Positions 59,737 through 64,000 of a stretch of DNA of 64,000 nucleotides are shown one piece after another. Origin of the DNA: Candidatus Bathyarchaeota archaeon (GTDB taxonomy: Archaea > Thermoproteota > Bathyarchaeia > 40CM-2-53-6). A model generated the notes under the pieces. It did not search any database. It was not told the DNA's origin and saw only the letters and a list, made by a program, of their open reading frames with translations. The translations under genes and the position numbers were made by a program. Each line of letters starts with the position of its first letter. The first letter of the stretch is position 1. The stretch is from assembly GCA_963733055.1 (NCBI GenBank), contig CAVTBR010000001.1, positions 1,344,001 through 1,408,000 on the forward strand, read 5' to 3'.

Positions 59737-62700
59737 ATGGCAATAGCGGAAGAAGCGACTAAAGTAATCGGCAGCATACACTTCACCCTCATCTCCCCAA
59801 GCGACATCAGGAAACTATCAGCGGTAGAAATTCAGACGGCAGACACCTACGATGAAGACGGCGTCCCAATCGTATCCGGGTTGATGGATGGGCGACTGGG
59901 AACTCTGGAACCTCGCCAGAAATGCAAGACCTGCGGCAACACCGCATCCGCCTGCCCAGGACACTTTGGCCACATCGAACTCGCCGAACCCGTAGTTCAC
60001 GTAGCCTTCGCAAAGCTACTTCACAAACTTCTACAAGTAACATGCCGAAATTGCGGCCGCGTCCTCCTCTCCCGGAAAAGATCAAAGCGTACAACGAACG
60101 AATGCAGCGAGAGCAGAGGCAACTGGACGAGATCCCTCACACATTCTACGAAGCCGTCATTAAAGATGCGAAGAAGAGCCAGGAATGTCCACACTGCGGC
60201 GCAAGACAAAACCCGATCGAACACGCCAAACCCACTACATTCCACGAAATGGTAGAAGGCGGCGCAGCGAGGCTCAACCCAAGCCAGATCAGAGAACGCC
60301 TTGAACGCATCCCCGACGACGACCTAAGACTAGTCGGAATGGAACCAACCGCAGCACGCCCCGAGTGGATGATCCTTCAAGTTCTCCCAGTCCCAGCCGT
60401 AACCGTCCGGCCGTCAATCACACTCGAATCCGGCATCAGATCCGAAGACGACCTCACCCACAAACTCGTTGACATAATCCGAATCAACCAAAAGTTGAAA
60501 GAAGCATTAGAGTCCGGCGTACCGGTCAACATAATTCAGGAACTCCACGAACTCCTGCAATACCACGTAACCACCTACTTCGATAACGAAGTCTCAGGCC
60601 TACCCCCAGCCCGCCACAGATCAGGCCGCACCCTGAAAACCCTGAGCCAGCGGCTCAAGGGCAAGGAGGGCAGGTTCAGGGGCAACCTCTCAGGAAAACG
60701 CGTCGACTTCTCAGCGAGGACCGTCATCTCCCCCGACCCCAACATCGACATAAACGAAGTCGGCGTCCCACTCGACGTGGCTCAACGCCTCACAATCCCT
60801 GAACGAGTAACCCCCTGGAACATAGAAGAACTCAAGCAGTTGATCAGAAACGGCCCTGACCAATACCCGGGCGCTCTGTACATCGTTAGGCCCGACGGGC
60901 GAAGAGTGCGACTAGAATTCGTAACCGAACGAGAAGGCCTAGCCGACGGGATTCAGGCGGGCTTCATTGTTGAGCGGCACATCAGGGACGGAGACATCGT
61001 CCTCTTCAACCGCCAACCATCCCTCCACCGAATGTCCATAATGGCCCACACCGTGAAAGTACTCCCATACAAGACCTTCAGACTCAACCCATGCGTCTGC
61101 CCACCATACAACGCAGACTTCGACGGAGACGAAATGAACCTCCACGTACCACAGGGCGAAGAAGCCAGAACCGAAGCAAAACTGCTCATGCAAGTGCAAG
61201 ACCAGATCCTGTCCCCACGCTACGGCGGACCAATCATCGGTGCGAAAACCGACCTTCTCACCGCAGCCTACCTCCTAACCAGAAAGTCAACGTTTCTCGA
61301 CAAAGATGAAGTTGGAAAACTGTGTGTCGCCGCAGGCTTCCGCGGCGAGCTACCGCCTCCGGAAATCAAACGCCCAACTGAGCTGTGGAGTGGAAAGCAA
61401 ATCTTCAGTCTCTTCCTTCCCGAAGGTTTCAGCTTCGTGGCCAAATCAAGCATGGTCACTCAGGAAGATGGCGCTTCGGTTGTCGTTAGGGATGGGGAGC
61501 TGGTTGAAGGGGTCATTGACAAGAATACGATCGGTGCAGAACGCTCCGAAACGCTCTTTCACCGCATCGTCAAGGACAGCGGCTCCGAGCCAGGCCGCAT
61601 CTTTCTGAACGGGCTCATCAAACTACTGGACCGTTTCATAACCCTCAGAGGGTTCACGTACGGAATCGACGAGCTTGACCTCTCAGAGAGCGTCCGGGAC
61701 AAGATAGCCAAGTCCATCAAACGAGCCGAAGAACGTGTTCAAGAGCTCATAGCTCACTACAAGAAAGGAACCCTCGACCGACTACCGGGACGGTCAATGG
61801 AAGAGTCACTAGAACTTCGCATCATGGACGAACTCTCCAAAGCACGCGACCAAGCCGGGGAACTGGCTGAGCAATACCTGAAAACAGAAACCGACAACGC
61901 AGGTGTTATCATGACCAAGACCGGTGCTCGCGGGTCGATGCTGAACATCGCCCAGATGGTTGCAAGTGTGGGACAGCAATCTATTCGCGGCCAACGAATT
62001 AGGCGAGGGTACCGGGATCGTGCCTTATCCTTCTTCGAGAGGGGAGACGTAGGCGCGGAAGCACGCGGTTTCGTTTACAATGCATACCAAGACGGCCTCA
62101 CCCCAGTCGAATTCTTCTTCCACTCCATGGGAGGACGGGAAGGCCTCGTAGACACAGCCGTCCGAACACAACAGAGCGGCTACATGCAAAGACGCCTAAT
62201 CAACGCCCTCGAACATATCCGCGTAGAATACGACGGCACCGTACGCGACTCGAGGGGAGACATTATACAATTCCGCTACGGCGAAGACGGAGTCGACACA
62301 GCAAAAAGCGACCACGGCAAAGCCGTCAACACGGAACGCCTGGTCGAGCGCGTCGAACTCACGGCCGAGAAAGGAGCTAAAGCTAGCAAGCCTTACGTCG
62401 AGAAGAAAGTTTCCGACGTAAGAAAAGACCTCACTCCAAGCCTCACGGCCCAACTCAAGTCTAGTTTGCTGGAACGTAAGCTAACCAAGAAGGGCGTCGA
62501 TGCGGCTGTTAAGGAGGCGGTTAAGAACTACCGCAAATCCATGATTGAACCAGGTGAAGCCGCCGGCATCGTCTCAGCCCAATCCATCGGCGAACCAGGC
62601 ACACAGATGACACTAAGAACATTCCACTTCGCAGGCGTCAGGGAACAAAACGTCACTCTCGGACTCCCACGCCTAATCGAGATCGTGGACGCAAGAAAAA

Positions 62701-63548
62701 TCCCATCCACACCCATGATGGTCGTCTTCCTAGACAAGAAACACCGAACTAGCCGCGAAAAGGCTCAGGAGGTCGCGACCAACATCACTCACACGACTTT
62801 GGGTGATATCGCTTCAAGCCTCGAATCCGACATCACCAAGATGCGAATAGTGGTTACGTTAAACAATGAAGCGATGAGAGAGCGAGAGGTAAATCTCAAG
62901 GACATCAAGGAAGCAGTGACACCGGGTGGTTGCAAGGTCGAAGTCGAAAGGAACACGGTGCACATAACGCCCCAGGAAATGGAGATCGCACAATTCAACC
63001 GCCTAGTTCTCCGCCTCCCACTCATGCACGTGAAAGGCATCCCACAAGTGAAACGAGCACTCGTCATGGAAGAGAAAACCGCAGACAAAAGCGAGTGGGT
63101 AATCAGAACCGAAGGTTCCAACCTAGAACTAACGCTTGAAACAGAAGGCGTAGACCCCGCCCGAACCACAACAAACAACATGCATGAAGTAGCCGAAGTA
63201 CTCGGAATCGAAGCGGCAAGAAACGTCATCATGAAAGAAGCCACGGCGGTACTCAAGGAACAGGGGTTGGACGTAGACGTACGCCACGTAATGCTCGTAG
63301 CCGACGCCATGACAGCCTCGGGAGAAGTTTTGCAGGTAGGAAGACATGGGGTCAGCGGCGAGAAAGCAAGCACCCTAGCCAAAGCAGCATTCGAGATCAC
63401 CATCCCAACCATAGTTGACGCAGCAATCAAGGGAACACGCGACACACTCCGAGGCGTTGCGGAAAATGTTATAGTAGGACAACAAGTGCCCATGGGAACA
63501 GGCCTCATCGAAGTCTACATGGCAATGCCAGAGAAGGGCAAGAAGTAA
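59737..63548 (+). CDS. rpoA: RNA polymerase subunit A, fused A'+A'' (Rpo1), with a single frameshift near 60071
   Basis: CPGHFGH in 59737 frame; NADFDGD and AQSIGEPGTQMT in 59922 frame; frames join at CTC TCC CGG (a C is missing). Confidence 0.93.
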
Positions 63549-63862
63549 TGCAATCCTCAAAGATAGACGTGAACAAACAACTCCAGATAGTCGTAAGATC
63601 CGGCAAAGTCGCGTTAGGCATCAAGGAAGCCCTAGACGCGGCACGATTCGCAAAAGCCAAACTCCTGATCCTAGCCTCCAACTGCCCTTCTCGAAACAGG
63701 ATGGAGATCGTTAACTACGCGAAACAGTCGGGGGTTCCAATCTTCGAATACCCAGGAACAAGCGTAGACCTGGGTGGCGCGTGCCTGAAACGCTTCGTCG
63801 TAGCCGCGCTAACCATAAAGGAACCTGGAGACTCTGAGATACTCAAACTAGCCGAGCGCTAA
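63548..63862 (+). CDS. rpl30e: 50S ribosomal protein L30e
   Basis: SGKVALG, KLLILASNCP, GTSVDLG..C, GDSEIL; canonical position. Confidence 0.95.
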   Translation: MQSSKIDVNKQLQIVVRSGKVALGIKEALDAARFAKAKLLILASNCPSRNRMEIVNYAKQSGVPIFEYPGTSVDLGGACLKRFVVAALTIKEPGDSEILKLAER

Positions 63863-63865
63863 CCC

Positions 63866-64000
63866 ATGGCCACGTCAGGAATAAAGCTCACCGGCGAAAC
63901 AATGCGGCTGATCGCACTCTTCGAAAACATAACCGGCGCGACAGCCAACGACTGCATAGTTGACACCGAAGGCGACAGGATAATTTTCATGGCGAAGCAA
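63866..64000 (+). CDS. nusA: Archaeal NusA, truncated by window edge
   Basis: MATSGIKLTGETMRLIALFENITGATANDCIVD; canonical position after rpl30e. Confidence 0.9.
   Translation, partial: MATSGIKLTGETMRLIALFENITGATANDCIVDTEGDRIIFMAKQ

Noticed and set aside
62789-63508. Long antisense ORFs within rpoA, rpoB, carB and cdc48
   Set aside because: Codon-bias shadows of highly conserved sense genes.

Overview
64 kb of an archaeal chromosome, most likely TACK (Bathyarchaeia- or Nitrososphaeria-like). The evidence is BHB-type tRNA introns, a cydAA'-type oxidase pair, CDC48, and an rpoH-rpoB-rpoA-rpl30e-nusA operon with unsplit RpoB and a fused RpoA'/A''. About 1-48 kb is mostly accessory: redox/detox genes, a dye-linked proline-dehydrogenase-like cluster, VKOR/TlpA/rhodanese, an Mhq-like quinone-stress cluster and a wecB-GT2-DUF2334 polysaccharide operon. 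The 48-64 kb part is housekeeping (carAB, RNA polymerase). The strongest signal is that all three intact tRNA genes are interrupted by introns whose bulge-helix-bulge (BHB) motifs I could rebuild by hand: tRNA-Tyr(GTA) has FOUR introns (30/31, 37/38, 53/54, 59/60), tRNA-Lys(TTT) has three (30/31, 37/38, 43/44), and tRNA-Asp(GTC) has one inside the 3' acceptor strand (68/69). Several small genes are missing from the ORF track: a 43-aa signal-peptide-bearing peptide directly upstream of a tandem Lrp-like regulator (candidate peptide-signalling module), a 54-aa minimal histone-fold protein and a 46-aa Zn-ribbon protein. There are also two degenerate tRNA 3'-end copies (possible att scars). No CRISPR array, rRNA, integrase or transposase was seen. 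Single-base frameshifts, including one in essential rpoA, suggest some assembly indel errors. All family calls come from motif recognition only; no database searches were run.
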